Shown piece by piece: positions 9,062-18,055 of a stretch of 32,000 bases of DNA (position 1 is the first letter of the stretch; each line of letters opens with the position of its first letter). The translations under genes were made by a program, and so were the position numbers. Source of the stretch: Vulcanisaeta distributa DSM 14429 (GTDB lineage Archaea; Thermoproteota; Thermoprotei; Thermoproteales; Thermocladiaceae). Location: positions 2,040,001-2,072,000 of the forward strand of contig NC_014537.1 in NCBI RefSeq assembly GCF_000148385.1, given 5' to 3'. The notes beneath the pieces were generated by a model. It ran no database searches. It was not told the DNA's origin and saw only the letters and a program-made list of their open reading frames with translations.

Positions 9062-10363
9062 TCACCTCAGTGAACTCCAATCACTGAGTATTTTCCTTGC
9101 CGCGTTATAGCCAGGCACTCCAGTCACCTGCCCACCAGGCCATGTACCAGCACCGCCCAGGTAAAGCCCCCTTATCGGTGTTGAGTAGCCCCAGCCGGGT
9201 ATAGGCCTATTGCTGAACATGTAATCCTCGGTCATTGGCAGGTGATTAAGGTTACCGCCGGCCAACCTAAATATTGACTCATAATCACTCGGCGTTATCA
9301 ACTCAAAGGCCTTAATACTCGACCAATCAATGTCAAAGTACTCACCTAGCTCATCCCTAGTTGGTAGGCCAGTAACTATTAAGTAATTGCCGTGGACCAC
9401 CGTCTCGCCAAAGGGTAGTTGCAGTATTGAATTCCTGTAATTATTCAATTCACCCCTTAACTTAATTGGCTCATTACTAACAATGACCAACCTGGACGCG
9501 CCACCCAGGGGTACGCTCCTTAGCCTATCAATTACTGACTTATCGAAGTACTCCTCGCCAACCAGGTTAATTAATGTATTTATTGGACTCGCCGTGGACA
9601 GCACAGCCCTCGCCTCAATACTCCTCCCATCATCAGTGATCACGCCTCTGACCCTCCCACCCTCAACAATTATTCTCCTAACGCCTAAGCCAAGCACCAC
9701 CTTAGCACCAGCCCTCAGGGCGGCATTGTATAGCTCACGGGCGAAGACCTGCATGCCAACCTCACCATCCTTAGCAGGGAACCACCAATCAGTGTCAGGA
9801 TTATAATAACCAACCATGAAGGCTGGCTGGTCCAGATAAGGCTCGAATATGAACATATCCCAAAACTCCCTGGGCAGGTATTGGCTAAGGAACTCCCAAC
9901 CCCTTAATTTAATGAATTCACTCAGCACAGAATCATTGAGTAATTCATCCCTACTTGGTGGATTTAACCTAAACATGTACTTACGTAATGCCTTATGGAA
10001 ATTCACGATCTTACTCCACATAGCCCTTAGGTTATCGCCAAGGCCCCACCTATTGAACTCACGAACCCTATCCTCAAGACTCCTCCACCACCTAACAAAC
10101 TCCCCATCCTTCACGTAAACCGCAATAGGCTCCGGCTTATACTGCTCAACGTTTATCCCCAACTCACTCATTAGGTCGCTGGGTATTAGGCCAAGTACGT
10201 AGGCCCCTATAGGCACCTCAACACCACCAACAACGTGATAGCCAGCCAAACCGCCAGGCCAAGTCACATGATCGAGAACGAGCACTTCAAGCCCAGCCCT
10301 GGCCAGGATTATACTTGCCACTAATCCATTATGCCCCGCACCAATTATAACAACATCAACCAC
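9062..10363 (-). CDS. FAD/NAD(P)-dependent oxidoreductase, phytoene desaturase (CrtI)-like
   Basis: N-terminal dinucleotide fold [30 protein letters not shown] and the C-terminal [17 protein letters not shown] motif typical of the amine oxidase/CrtI family. GTG start. Confidence 0.75.
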   Translation of the reverse strand: MVDVVIIGAGHNGLVASIILARAGLEVLVLDHVTWPGGLAGYHVVGGVEVPIGAYVLGLIPSDLMSELGINVEQYKPEPIAVYVKDGEFVRWWRSLEDRVREFNRWGLGDNLRAMWSKIVNFHKALRKYMFRLNPPSRDELLNDSVLSEFIKLRGWEFLSQYLPREFWDMFIFEPYLDQPAFMVGYYNPDTDWWFPAKDGEVGMQVFARELYNAALRAGAKVVLGLGVRRIIVEGGRVRGVITDDGRSIEARAVLSTASPINTLINLVGEEYFDKSVIDRLRSVPLGGASRLVIVSNEPIKLRGELNNYRNSILQLPFGETVVHGNYLIVTGLPTRDELGEYFDIDWSSIKAFELITPSDYESIFRLAGGNLNHLPMTEDYMFSNRPIPGWGYSTPIRGLYLGGAGTWPGGQVTGVPGYNAARKILSDWSSLR

Positions 10364-10387
10364 AATAAATGTGAGAATCCATGACTT

Positions 10388-11380
10388 TTAATAACTTAGC
10401 TTAAGGAACTTCCTATACTGCTCGACATAGGTCCTTAATGACTCAGGCACTTTTATTGCCAATGCCGCCGCACCCAGTATGCCTATGTCATCACCAAACC
10501 TAGTAAACTCTATTCGCGCTGGTTTAACAGCTAAGTATCTCTTTAGGTATTTTTCAATTCCCCTTCTAAATAAATCCATGTTATTAAGGGCCATTGAACC
10601 CCCCAGCACTATTAATTCTGGATCGTAAGCATTCATGACGCTGGCTAAGCCAGCCGCGTGCACCCTCATTAGGTAATTATCTATGAAATCCCTGGCGAGC
10701 TCATCCCCCTCATAATAAGCCCGAAATACCTCCTCAGTACTCACATACTCGTCTTTGGTAAGTCTCTCATACAACCTTGACTTATACGACCTCCCCCTAA
10801 CAAATTCCTTAATGACCCTCGGTATATTAGCCCCTGAACCGAGGGCCTCCCAATGCCCATAACCACCACAGCCACACTGTATTTCGGAATTCACGTCAAT
10901 GACCATGTGGCCAATTTCGTGAGCATTCCCATCCTTGCCAATGAGTAGGTGTCCGTCAACTATGACGCCAGCACCAATGCCGGTGCTAAGGGTTATGTAG
11001 ACGAGGTTATTAACGCCCTTACCAATACCGAATAGGTACTCGCCCCACACAGCTGCCATAGCATCGTTACCCAGGACCACGGGTACCCTGAACTCCCTGA
11101 TTATTGGTTCCACAAGCTTAAACCTCTTGATTGGTGCATTCGGTGCCCAGGGTACGATACCCTCCCTCAGGTCTAACGGACCTATGGAGCCAATACCTAT
11201 ACCATCAATGCCACCCCCACCCGTTAAATCCCTTATTGACTTAATAATTACGTTGGCTACGGTATTCTCGTCACCACTCATTGGTTGTCTCGTCTTCACC
11301 TTATTGATAACTTGACCATCCTCACTCACAAGTCCAACCCTTATGTACGTTGCGCCAACATCAACACCAACATAAACCAT
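10388..11380 (-). CDS. ROK family sugar kinase (glucokinase/hexokinase-like)
   Basis: VGVDVGATYIRVGLV phosphate-1 motif, GNDAMAAVWGE, the ROK signature with zinc motif GHMVID...CGCGGYGHWEA, and GGSMAL. Confidence 0.82.
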   Translation of the reverse strand: MVYVGVDVGATYIRVGLVSEDGQVINKVKTRQPMSGDENTVANVIIKSIRDLTGGGGIDGIGIGSIGPLDLREGIVPWAPNAPIKRFKLVEPIIREFRVPVVLGNDAMAAVWGEYLFGIGKGVNNLVYITLSTGIGAGVIVDGHLLIGKDGNAHEIGHMVIDVNSEIQCGCGGYGHWEALGSGANIPRVIKEFVRGRSYKSRLYERLTKDEYVSTEEVFRAYYEGDELARDFIDNYLMRVHAAGLASVMNAYDPELIVLGGSMALNNMDLFRRGIEKYLKRYLAVKPARIEFTRFGDDIGILGAAALAIKVPESLRTYVEQYRKFLKLSY

Positions 11381-11474
11381 ACTATGTTCTTCGGAGAGAT
11401 ACGCACTTTTAAATTATTAAGGGACATAATTGATGGATTTATAAAAGGGCTTTAAGTATGGCTTTATTGCACTT

Positions 11475-12218
11475 ATGGTTAAGTTGGTCGTAAGGCCCAT
11501 AGCCGATGTGGTGAGTGAGAATGAGATTAGGAGGAAGACCGAGGAATACGTAAGTGAAATGCTGAGGAATGCCCAGGTCATTGGCGATGATTTATTCCTC
11601 GTGGATAAACCCACGGGTAAGGCTACTCCATCCTTCTTCAGCAATGATTGCTTCGTTAAGTCCCTGATAAAGCTTAGGTTTGGCACGATAACGAACATGG
11701 ATGGTATAAGGAGCTTGGCCAGGGGTAGGGCAATACACGACCTCTATCAGGAGTGGTTTAAGATCGCTAATCCCAGGGTTCATGTGGAGGTTGAGAGTGG
11801 CATAGAGACTGTGGATACCTCTGGCAGGGCTGACATTGTTTACATGCGTGAGTTCGACGGCGAGGAGATTTGGGGTTTAATTGAGTTGAAGAGTTCGTGG
11901 AGTCTCGATGAGGATAGGGAGAGGAGGTACCTTAAGCAGGTAGTCTCCTACGTATTAATGCTTGAGGAGGCAGGGATAGACATTAGGGAGGCGTACCTGG
12001 TCACAATGAGGGATGTTAAGTCATTGCCCATAATTAGGTTGAGGAGGGAGTACCAAAACGTCCTGGCGGAGCTTAAGGCTATTGAGAATTACCAGGGATG
12101 GCCCATGGAACCACCAGACCCACTCCTATGCATTAGGTGTGAGTTAAGACCGATCTGTAGTACCTACGCGATTTACAAAAGTAATAAATCCATAAATATT
12201 AACAAAGCCAGTGATTGA
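11475..12218 (+). CDS. Cas4-family (DUF83) PD-(D/E)xK nuclease with a 4-Cys cluster, stand-alone
   Basis: An N-terminal Cys (SNDCF), GRAIHDLY, SGRADIVY...GLIELKSS (D...ExK), LKQVVSYVL (QxxxY) and the C-terminal CIRCELRPIC (Cx2Cx5C). Confidence 0.65.
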   Translation: MVKLVVRPIADVVSENEIRRKTEEYVSEMLRNAQVIGDDLFLVDKPTGKATPSFFSNDCFVKSLIKLRFGTITNMDGIRSLARGRAIHDLYQEWFKIANPRVHVEVESGIETVDTSGRADIVYMREFDGEEIWGLIELKSSWSLDEDRERRYLKQVVSYVLMLEEAGIDIREAYLVTMRDVKSLPIIRLRREYQNVLAELKAIENYQGWPMEPPDPLLCIRCELRPICSTYAIYKSNKSININKASD

Positions 12219-12253
12219 TAATACTTATTAATGAATTAAGTAGGAGAAAATCA

Positions 12254-12688
12254 ATGTCGCTAATAACAAAGATACTCGTTGGGTATGATGGCTCAAAGGC
12301 TGGGGATAAGGCGCTGGATTACGCAATAAACATTGCAAAGAGCTTCAACGCAAGGCTCTACATTCTTCACGTGATTGAGGAGGGTAAGATAGCCATAGCC
12401 CCAGACTCGTCGATGTACCCCGCCTTAATTGATACCATGGAGAGGCAGGGTAGGGACCTCCTAAATAAGGCTGTGGAACGTGCCAAGAACCAGGGCGTTA
12501 ATGCGGAGGGCTTGCTTGAGGTGGGTACTGATGCCGCTGAAACAATAATAAACGTGGCAAATAACCTAAATGTTGACTTAATCGTGGTTGGTTCTAGGGG
12601 GTTAAAGGGATTAACGAGGTTCCTGTTGGGGTCTGTGAGTGAGAAGGTCGTTAGGTATGCCAACAGACCCGTCCTCGTTGTTCATTGA
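12254..12688 (+). CDS. Universal stress protein (UspA family)
   Basis: KILVGYDGS..., LYILHV and the ATP-binding tail DLIVVGSRGLKGLTRFLLGSVSEKVVRYANRPVLVV. I chose the ATG at 12254, preceded by GGAG at 12243-12246. The ORF track starts at TTG 12215. Confidence 0.82.
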   Translation: MSLITKILVGYDGSKAGDKALDYAINIAKSFNARLYILHVIEEGKIAIAPDSSMYPALIDTMERQGRDLLNKAVERAKNQGVNAEGLLEVGTDAAETIINVANNLNVDLIVVGSRGLKGLTRFLLGSVSEKVVRYANRPVLVVH

Positions 12689-12740
12689 ATGAGGTTAGGC
12701 TTAAAACGCTGATCGCTCATAATCATAGGGCAATAACAAT

Positions 12741-13547
12741 ATGCCAGTAATTGCAGCCACAAGTGGTTCAGGCAATGTCAGTAGTGTTAGTAGCTTAGTC
12801 CCTAGCTGGGTTTGGACTACCGTAATAGTCATTGCGACCGCCGTAGTGATTTATTTCGTGCTTGATTACGTATTTGATAAATTAGTTAGGGCCTTTGTTA
12901 AGCTTTCGAGGAAGGGTGATGTTGAGAATGCGAAGTTCATCTTTAGGATAATGCTCATAGTCACCATATTGTCAGCCATAGCATATGTTTACCAACAATA
13001 CTTAATCGTTGGCGCCTTACTCATCGTCTTTGCCGTAATACTAATACTAGGCACCAGGCCGATAATTGAGGAGTACTTCACGGGTAAAATCACCAGGCTC
13101 ATTAAGGATTACTCACTGGATGTTGGGGATCACGTTGAGGTCATGGGGATTAAGGGCTACATAATTAAGCAGTCGTCAATGGGCCTAATAATTAGGAGTT
13201 CACGTAATGAACTAATATATGTACCCTATACATTGGTATTGAAGAATGTAATCAGGAAGGTACCGCCAACAGAGGGCATTGAGATTAGGATACCGTTTAA
13301 GGTACCTAAGGATGGGCTGTTAATCGATGACTTACGTAAGGAGCTCACGGACTACATGGAGGAGTTGGGTATTGAGGATCCGCGTGTTGATGTCGCTGCA
13401 ATTGAGGATAAGTACATCGAGTTGATGGCTCGAGGCACTTATAAGGACTTAAGGACCATCGATGATGTTAGGTACTCTATACTTAATAAGGCGTTTGAAT
13501 TATCAATGGAGCTTGGTAAGAGGTATAACGTTAGAAGCAATGAGTGA
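12741..13547 (+). CDS. Small-conductance mechanosensitive channel (MscS-like)
   Basis: Three N-terminal TM helices followed by GDHVEVMGIKGYIIKQSSMGLIIRSSRNELIYVPYTLV, which matches the MscS beta-domain signature as I remember it. Confidence 0.65.
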   Translation: MPVIAATSGSGNVSSVSSLVPSWVWTTVIVIATAVVIYFVLDYVFDKLVRAFVKLSRKGDVENAKFIFRIMLIVTILSAIAYVYQQYLIVGALLIVFAVILILGTRPIIEEYFTGKITRLIKDYSLDVGDHVEVMGIKGYIIKQSSMGLIIRSSRNELIYVPYTLVLKNVIRKVPPTEGIEIRIPFKVPKDGLLIDDLRKELTDYMEELGIEDPRVDVAAIEDKYIELMARGTYKDLRTIDDVRYSILNKAFELSMELGKRYNVRSNE

Positions 13548-13548
13548 C

Positions 13549-14226
13549 TTACCCACTTAGTTCGTTAATTAGTTTATTCACGTTCTCTGATGGACCCGCA
13601 ATGACCAACTCGTCATTACCCTCTATTACGTAGTCACCACCTACCTTAGTGATGCCATTTGGTGTAACCACATATGGTATTGCCACGCCATAACCATTAC
13701 TTACCTCACTAATGCGCTTACCTATTAGTTGCGAGTCAGTATTAACCCTCACCACTACAAATGTTAGGTTTGTTGATGGGTCTGTGAATACTGACCTGGC
13801 TGAATCACTCATTATTAGGGTCTCTATGTTCCTTGACACTAGGTCTTCAACGACTATGGTATTAATGTTCAATTCCCTAAACAAATCCACGTTATCCCTA
13901 TTATTAACCCTAGCGATTATTAACGGTACCCCCTTACTCCTGGCTATGTTACATGCCTTATAATTCAATTCATCATTATCGGACAACGCCAGAAATAACT
14001 CAGCCTTATCAATACCCACCTCATTAAGTACATCCTCGCTGCTTGGATCGCCCCTGTAAACAAGCGCCGACGACTTAAGCATCTTGAAGACCCTAGAGCA
14101 CGCCTCGTCATTTGAATCAACAATCACTACATCATACTTATCCATGAGTGCCTTAGCCACGTTAACACTCACGTTATTTGCCCCAACTATTATGGCAAGC
14201 TTCAATACTAACCACCAATCACGCAA
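13549..14226 (-). CDS. TrkA-like K+ transport regulatory protein (RCK N and C domains)
   Basis: A Rossmann-like KLAIIVGANNVSVNVAKAL...VVIVDSNDE (glycine motif partly degenerate) and a C-terminal TrkA-C-like segment LIGKRISEV...VIEGNDELVIAG. Confidence 0.68.
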   Translation of the reverse strand: MRDWWLVLKLAIIVGANNVSVNVAKALMDKYDVVIVDSNDEACSRVFKMLKSSALVYRGDPSSEDVLNEVGIDKAELFLALSDNDELNYKACNIARSKGVPLIIARVNNRDNVDLFRELNINTIVVEDLVSRNIETLIMSDSARSVFTDPSTNLTFVVVRVNTDSQLIGKRISEVSNGYGVAIPYVVTPNGITKVGGDYVIEGNDELVIAGPSENVNKLINELSG

Positions 14227-14271
14227 CTTAAGTGGGAACCATTTAAATTCATTATTACTTTAACACATACC

Positions 14272-14661
14272 GTGATTCCAAGAGAATGGGTGGAGCTTGT
14301 TAAGGATGGGTTGAAAAACTCATACGCACCATACAGCGGGGTTAAGGTGAGCGCACTGGCGATAACGCCTGACGGCAAGGTGTATAGGGGGGTGAATGTT
14401 GAGAATGCATCCCTCGGACTCACGGTATGTGCAGAGAGGGTTGCCATATTCAACGCGGTTTCCAATGGAGAGAAGAGGATAAAGACGATTGTGCTAACGT
14501 CAAACCTGGATAAGCCGATATACCCCTGTGGGGCCTGTCTCCAGGTAATGAATGAGTTTGGTGTTGAGGAGGTAATTATTGTTCATGGTGATAGGGTGAT
14601 TAGGCATAGCTTCAATGAGTTGTTTCCAAGACCATTTAGTGATTGGAGGAAGCAGGGATGA
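14272..14661 (+). CDS. cdd: Cytidine deaminase
   Basis: The zinc motifs CAERVAI and PCGACLQV, NSYAPYSG near the N-terminus, and a length of 129 aa. GTG start. Confidence 0.88.
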   Translation: MIPREWVELVKDGLKNSYAPYSGVKVSALAITPDGKVYRGVNVENASLGLTVCAERVAIFNAVSNGEKRIKTIVLTSNLDKPIYPCGACLQVMNEFGVEEVIIVHGDRVIRHSFNELFPRPFSDWRKQG

Positions 14662-14675
14662 TAAGTGACTAGGTA

Positions 14676-14921
14676 TTACGGGCCTTCAAAACCACAGACT
14701 GGGCATTTGTATGGATTCCCAGTTCTCCTACAGTGCTCGCATCTCCAGATCTCAGCCTTACCACAGTTTGGGCATAGGAAGTGTGTTGCCCTCTCATATG
14801 GCTTTATTGGCTTACCACACGAACTACACACTGGTACGGTTGGTCCATGGAGTACTGGCCTCGGCCTCTCAACCCTGGGTAGCGCCATTGGGTATCGCGG
14901 GGCAATCACTAATTTAAGCAT
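14676..14921 (-). CDS. Zn-ribbon protein of the COG2888 type (predicted RNA-binding, translation-associated)
   Basis: CSSCGKPI...[34 protein letters not shown] contains four CxxC pairs in the family-typical order. An alternative start is the internal Met at 14888. Confidence 0.7.
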   Translation of the reverse strand: MLKLVIAPRYPMALPRVERPRPVLHGPTVPVCSSCGKPIKPYERATHFLCPNCGKAEIWRCEHCRRTGNPYKCPVCGFEGP

Positions 14922-14982
14922 TTCTATAACGTTATTAATGCGTGAGTAATCCTTAATAAAGCCGGGTACCTATGGTAACGAG

Positions 14983-15855
14983 ATGGACGTTAATAAGGTA
15001 ATAGATACGGCAATATTCATGCTAGTGATTATACTGGCTGCCGTATTAACATACTTTCTACTTGCCAGGGTCGTTGCACCACCATCAAAACTACACAGTG
15101 GTGTTACCGAGATTACGTACCCCATTGGAACATCAAGCATCGTTATATGGCCACCATATTTCCAATTGGACAATGCATCATTGATATACGCAGCCTTCAG
15201 TAATTATAGTTTGATATATGGGCCGAGCACGGCGCCAATCAAGGTATTAATACTGTATAACCCAGTCATGCCTCCCGCAACTAATTTCACGGTTAATAAC
15301 ATTAATTACATACTCAATACCTCGGGGAAGGGGCTTGTTCAGTATGAGATTGCATTTAATGTTTACTCATACATGGGTACCATGTCCGCATCGCCATTAA
15401 CCACTGCCGAGCTTAATGTGGCGTCAGTGGCGTACTGCCTATACTTCAATACGACTAATAAGGATAACGCCTTACTCTTCCTTAATAGGGTTGGCTCGAT
15501 AATTGGTTCGAACGCGAGCAGCATAGCTAATTTAACGAGTATTTCATCAGTACAGTCAATACTTAATAGTATGGGTATTAACATAAACGCCACATCCTGC
15601 GTCAATGAGTATGAGCAGTATGTAATGAGGTACCAGGGCGAGGTTGGTTTAGTACTCAGTCTATATTATGTGCCACCATTCGTAACACCATCGCCACTCA
15701 CGTATGAGGTGCCCCTTAACTCACCAATAGTATTCATGCTTGGTTACAACTCATTGACTGGCGCTTACGATGATACAGTAAATAATATACAGTTACCAAT
15801 ATTCGTGCAAAACCTAATGACCCAGAAATTCATGTACCAAAACCTAAGTGGCTAA
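14983..15855 (+). CDS. Secreted or surface glycoprotein with an archaellin/type IV pilin-like N-terminus
   Basis: The N-terminus MDVNKVIDTAIFMLVIILAAVLTYF resembles the class III signal and hydrophobic core (xLDTAIILIAFI) of crenarchaeal archaellins and pilins. The mature part contains 9 N-x-S/T sequons. Confidence 0.5.
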   Translation: MDVNKVIDTAIFMLVIILAAVLTYFLLARVVAPPSKLHSGVTEITYPIGTSSIVIWPPYFQLDNASLIYAAFSNYSLIYGPSTAPIKVLILYNPVMPPATNFTVNNINYILNTSGKGLVQYEIAFNVYSYMGTMSASPLTTAELNVASVAYCLYFNTTNKDNALLFLNRVGSIIGSNASSIANLTSISSVQSILNSMGININATSCVNEYEQYVMRYQGEVGLVLSLYYVPPFVTPSPLTYEVPLNSPIVFMLGYNSLTGAYDDTVNNIQLPIFVQNLMTQKFMYQNLSG

Positions 15856-16421
15856 CTAATCATACTACTTATCAAGCCCCTTAGCGCCGTTATCTCGAAG
15901 TACTCAACATTCGCGGCTATATAGAGAAGTATCACTGATATTAGGTAATATATTATTAATGCCGTGACATCGCCCTTACCAATACGTCTACCGCCACGCA
16001 ATGAATTAATGAGATCCCTCGTGAAGGTTATTGAGCCAGTCGTGGAGAAGGCATATGCGAGGAGTTCTATGATTCCATGAGGGAAGAACATTGTTATGAA
16101 TAGGGATATTACGAGACCAATTATTGAGTTTAACGCATATGCCACATACACGCCTAGTACGAACCCCGTCATTACTAGGGCAAGCACGAAGAAGAGTGGG
16201 CCAACCACGGGGATTGCCATTAGTGAGTCAATCTCCAGGTTATGAAGGAAGATGTAATTTGGGCCTAGATCAGCGGTGCTTATTAATTGATTACGTAACG
16301 AATTAATCACTGATTGGTTTACGAACGAGGGACCGACATAAAAACCAATTATTGATAGGAGTACCAGTAGGATTAATTCAACCACATAGGTCAGGGCAAC
16401 CCTCTTGATATTAATTATCAT
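15852..16421 (-). CDS. SpoIIM/DUF95 family integral membrane protein
   Basis: Several TM helices and the FPHGIIELLAYAF motif typical of DUF95 (stage II sporulation protein M-like). Confidence 0.62.
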   Translation of the reverse strand: MIINIKRVALTYVVELILLVLLSIIGFYVGPSFVNQSVINSLRNQLISTADLGPNYIFLHNLEIDSLMAIPVVGPLFFVLALVMTGFVLGVYVAYALNSIIGLVISLFITMFFPHGIIELLAYAFSTTGSITFTRDLINSLRGGRRIGKGDVTALIIYYLISVILLYIAANVEYFEITALRGLISSMIS

Positions 16422-16463
16422 AATGTCTCACTCTAAGTAATTGTTAGGGCGTGAGGAGGGTTT

Positions 16464-16521
16464 GGGAAGATCTGCGTTCAAATCCTTCGTCACCGCTCGG
16501 TGCATCCCTCCTATCTTCATT
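16464..16521 (-). ncRNA. GC-rich structured intergenic element, possibly a degenerate C/D box-like sRNA
   Basis: Minus strand reads AATGAAGA-TAGGAGGGATGCA-CCGA-GCG-GTGACGA-AGGATTTGAACG-CAGA. The spacing is C/D-like, but every box deviates from RUGAUGA or CUGA. The region also folds as AGGAGGG (16454-16460) paired with CCCTCCT (16506-16512), enclosing two small hairpins. Confidence 0.2.
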
Positions 16522-16564
16522 ACGTGTAGAGCCATTATGAAGTACTTAAGCCTTACTTACATAA

Positions 16565-17194
16565 TCAACGTCTACCCATCGTTTCGAGTAGTCTATTAAT
16601 TACTATCCTCCTAACGAACTCCTCACGTTCATCCTCATCAAGCTTAAGCCTAACGAACCTCGCACTCTCAACGATCCTGGGCAGTAGTACGTTGTCTATG
16701 GCATTGACCATTCTCTGGTACTCCCTAACTCTAGCCAGTAACGTATAGAATAGGCTTTCTAGATTCATCATCTCTGAAATGGCCTTGAAATTGCCGTAAA
16801 TACCGTATAGGGCGCTATCGAGCTCTGGTGGTATTGCGAAGATTCCATAATTAGGGCTTGAAACACCCCTAAACTCAAGCCCCCTGAACTTAAGTCCCTC
16901 CATTATTATGTCCACAAACTCCACGTCAACGGATGGCCTCACAACCTCGCTTAATTTGCCGTAATCCTCTATGCTAATCTTCGAAACCGCAGCCTTAAGC
17001 ATTAGGGATACCCTGTTCAATTCCTCGTATACGCTCTTCCTGGCACTCTCGAGCTTTGGTATTATTGCTCTAATCCTCTGTATTGTCGCATTCCTCGCAT
17101 CCTCAACCGTCTTCTTAATACTCCTGTAAAGCCTCTCTTGGTTCCTCAGTCTTAATAGGGTTAGCCTTGATGGTACTGGCCTCTCAAAGGCCAC
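16565..17194 (-). CDS. atpD: A/V-type ATP synthase subunit D
   Basis: N-terminal VPSRLTLLRLRN, REYQRMVNAIDNVLLPRI (compare RRVNALE..iP) and LDEDEREEFVRR near the C-terminus. About 210 aa. GTG start. Confidence 0.65.
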   Translation of the reverse strand: MAFERPVPSRLTLLRLRNQERLYRSIKKTVEDARNATIQRIRAIIPKLESARKSVYEELNRVSLMLKAAVSKISIEDYGKLSEVVRPSVDVEFVDIIMEGLKFRGLEFRGVSSPNYGIFAIPPELDSALYGIYGNFKAISEMMNLESLFYTLLARVREYQRMVNAIDNVLLPRIVESARFVRLKLDEDEREEFVRRIVINRLLETMGRR

Positions 17195-17238
17195 GTAGTT
17201 AAGGAACGTTTTATATTTTTAAACATTATTACATAAGG

Positions 17239-17252
17239 ACTGAGGCCTCAGT
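17239..17252. promoter_or_regulatory. Perfect 14-bp palindrome ACTGAGGCCTCAGT between a TATA-like box and the GTPase start codon
   Basis: Read directly. TTTATATTTTTAAAC lies at about 17210-17224, the palindrome ends 2 nt before ATG 17255, and the region is also upstream of the divergent atpD. Confidence 0.25.
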
Positions 17253-17254
17253 AG

Positions 17255-18055
17255 ATGAGTAGGGTAAGCCAGGCGGAAGCTTGGAGGAGGGTTAGAAGTG
17301 TGCTGGAGATGAGTGATTTAGTACTTGAGGTTATTGATTCTAGGGATCCCGTGGAGACCAGGAATAAGAGGGTTGAAGAATTACTGAATAAGTTAGGTAA
17401 GCCATTGATAATCGTAATTAACAAGGCTGACTTAGTGCCTATCGAAGTGCTTAAGGAGTGGAAGGAGTACCTCGGTCGGGAGCATCCCACGGTGTTCATA
17501 AGCGCTAAGAATAGGTTAGGCACTAGGAAGCTAATAGTCAGTATTAAGCAACACGCACCTAGACTCCCTGTTAGGGTCTCCGTGGTTGGCTATCCAAACG
17601 TGGGTAAGTCAACAATAATTAATTACCTTAAGGGCAGGCATGTTGCGGAGACGAGTCCAGTGCCTGGTTGGACAATTGGCGAACAGGTAGTTAGAGCCAA
17701 GCAGTGGCTTATAGTCATAGATACGCCCGGCGTTATACCGCCTGAGGAGGTTAGGGATGAGGCGTTACTTATTATTAAGGGTGCCATAGACCCTACCAAG
17801 CTTGAGGACCCTGTTTTACCAGCGGTAAAGTTAATAATGAGGATTAAGTCGTTCAACCCCAAGGCATTTATGGATAGGTATGGCATTGATGCAGAGGACC
17901 CAATGGAGCTCCTGGAATTAGTTGGTAGAAAAAGGGGATTGCTCCTAAAGGGTGGTAAGGTGAATATTAGGGAGGCTGCTATCGCCGTGATTAGGGATTG
18001 GATACTCGGTAAATTAACCTATTACTATAGGCCTGGGGTGATTGGTAATGCCTAG
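17255..18055 (+). CDS. Circularly permuted GTPase (YlqF/RbgA/MJ1464-like ribosome biogenesis GTPase)
   Basis: The G4 motif VINKADLV precedes G1 GYPNVGKST and G3 DTPGV, which is the permuted G4-G1-G3 order. Confidence 0.85.
   Translation: MSRVSQAEAWRRVRSVLEMSDLVLEVIDSRDPVETRNKRVEELLNKLGKPLIIVINKADLVPIEVLKEWKEYLGREHPTVFISAKNRLGTRKLIVSIKQHAPRLPVRVSVVGYPNVGKSTIINYLKGRHVAETSPVPGWTIGEQVVRAKQWLIVIDTPGVIPPEEVRDEALLIIKGAIDPTKLEDPVLPAVKLIMRIKSFNPKAFMDRYGIDAEDPMELLELVGRKRGLLLKGGKVNIREAAIAVIRDWILGKLTYYYRPGVIGNA

Noticed and set aside
16475-16486. CGTTCAAATCCT, which looks like a tRNA T-loop and suggested a tRNA gene, tRNA half or att remnant
   Set aside because: The flanking bases CTGCG and CCTTC cannot form a T-stem. 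I could build no acceptor, D or anticodon arms on either strand.
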